DNA of 63,850 bases, filler included, from Octopus bimaculoides (lineage: Eukaryota), in assembly GCF_001194135.2 (NCBI RefSeq). It is 6 parts of 6 records of this genome, joined end to end, with 100 filler letters (N's around TTAATTAATTAA, not from the genome) between each part and the next. Parts side by side here need not be neighbours in the genome. Positions count along the whole stretch, not along the records: positions 62,697 to 63,850 come from NC_068988.1; 5 more parts are not named here. The stretch is one strand, 5' to 3'. The notes under the pieces are model-generated. The model was not told the origin of the DNA. It saw only the letters and a list, made by a program, of their open reading frames with translations, and made no database searches. Positions 62,705 to 63,850 of the stretch are shown piece after piece. Each line of letters opens with the position of its first letter. The first letter of the stretch is position 1. The translations under genes were made by a program, and so were the position numbers.

Positions 62705-63850
62705 CTAGCAGTATAACCCGACCTTGTCCGGGTGTGACTTATTATGCCATCTACGATAAGTCTTGCTAGGTGAAAATCAACTAAAAAAGAAAACCTTACA
62801 ATGAAAAAACCCTTATGATATAAATATGTTCATAATTCAAAAGATGATGAAATTAATAGGGAAAGTCTGAAGGCTGTTTTGCCTAACATTATTAAGCGTA
62901 CGTAAATTTCATCCGTCTAATTGGTTATAGAAATGCTTATGCAAAACAACTTTTTGTGCTGCCCTGATTATACATAGTAGGGTAATCCCTTTTAGCAGGA
63001 GCTAGGACGGCAATTTGTGATGAAGCAATTCCTGGCGATTTGTTGCTACACAGTTTTGCCAGAATTCTATCAGATTAGGCAGAAGATGTTGATGCACCAT
63101 TTTGCATTATGTTCAAAGTAGCTTCTGGAATGTGTTGAATTGCTGCAGTTTGTTGCTGTCATTTTAAACTGGTTGCTTTCTTTCCCCAGCAAACTCTCTT
63201 CTTTGGAGGCATAATCTATGTATATATTAAACAGAACAACAAAAGTCATAATAGATGGCAGGGTCGGTAGTTTTCACATTTCTGTAATATTTCAGATTAA
63301 CACCCGTACAATTACCCAACCCTAATCTTAAACCTAATCCTAACACTAACCCTAACACTAACCCTAAACCCTAACCCTAACCCTACAACCCTAAACCTGA
63401 CCCTAAAACCGTAACCGTAACGCTAATCCTAACCCTAACTGTAACCGTAGCCCTAAACCCTAACCCTATCACACTAGTGAAAATCGTGGTATACTTACAA
63501 AACATTGACGAACATGAGTTATATTTTACTGAATGATTGTGTACTTGCACGTGTATGCGTTTGAGAGAACGAGAGAGGAAGAGGTAGAGAGAGGGGGAGA
63601 AAAGAATAGAGGTAGTTAAAACTTTTCTTATGACGGCTTCTCTTCACTGCCTATTACTTCATTAGAAATCTACGGATGCACATAAGCACATAATAGAGAA
63701 AAATGAAACAAATATGGACGACTTGTTCCGAAACACCACCGAGTAGGGAACACTTCTCAAAAATAACCTGCAGTTGTTTCCTTCAAAATTCCTACATGCT
63801 TGAAATGTACATATATCAAGGTATATTTGTAGAAAATTTCATGAAAAAAT
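62705..63850 (-). mobile_element. Probable non-autonomous Helitron (3' end at 62705)
   Basis: Minus strand ends ...ACCCG-gacaaggt-CGGGT tatactg CTAG|T, i.e. subterminal hairpin, CTRR terminus and T. Internal extent is inferred. Confidence 0.5.
63315..63468. repeat. Interstitial degenerate telomeric repeat (CCCTAA)n
   Basis: About 25 units of ccctaa/cactaa/ccgtaa/cctaa. Confidence 0.85.

Overview
Repeat-saturated, AT-rich, gappy eukaryotic genomic DNA. The SINE/LINE families and microsatellite density strongly suggest an octopus (coleoid cephalopod); this is my inference, not a database result. Two spliced protein-coding genes can be reconstructed on the + strand. (1) The 5' three coding exons of a CYLD-like deubiquitinase (4498-4923, 6393-6617, 8832-8991; N-terminus plus CAP-Gly domains 1 and 2). 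They stop about 300 bp before an unsized scaffold join, and no USP domain is visible. (2) A transmembrane channel-like (TMC) gene with confident exons at 48849-48930 and 52223-52382, a probable exon at 42760-42826, and a possible first exon plus 11-nt microexon at 16495-16676. The rest is intronic or intergenic: tRNA-derived SINEs, RTE LINE ends, many RLE-type (R4/Dong-like) LINE remnants, two mariner fossils, Penelope and pogo fragments, a probable Helitron end with a TTAGGG-like array, and mini- and microsatellites. Five TTAATTAATTAA linkers inside 100-bp gaps are assembly artefacts. Most long ORFs in the track are artefacts of N-runs or microsatellites. Repeat boundaries are approximate.
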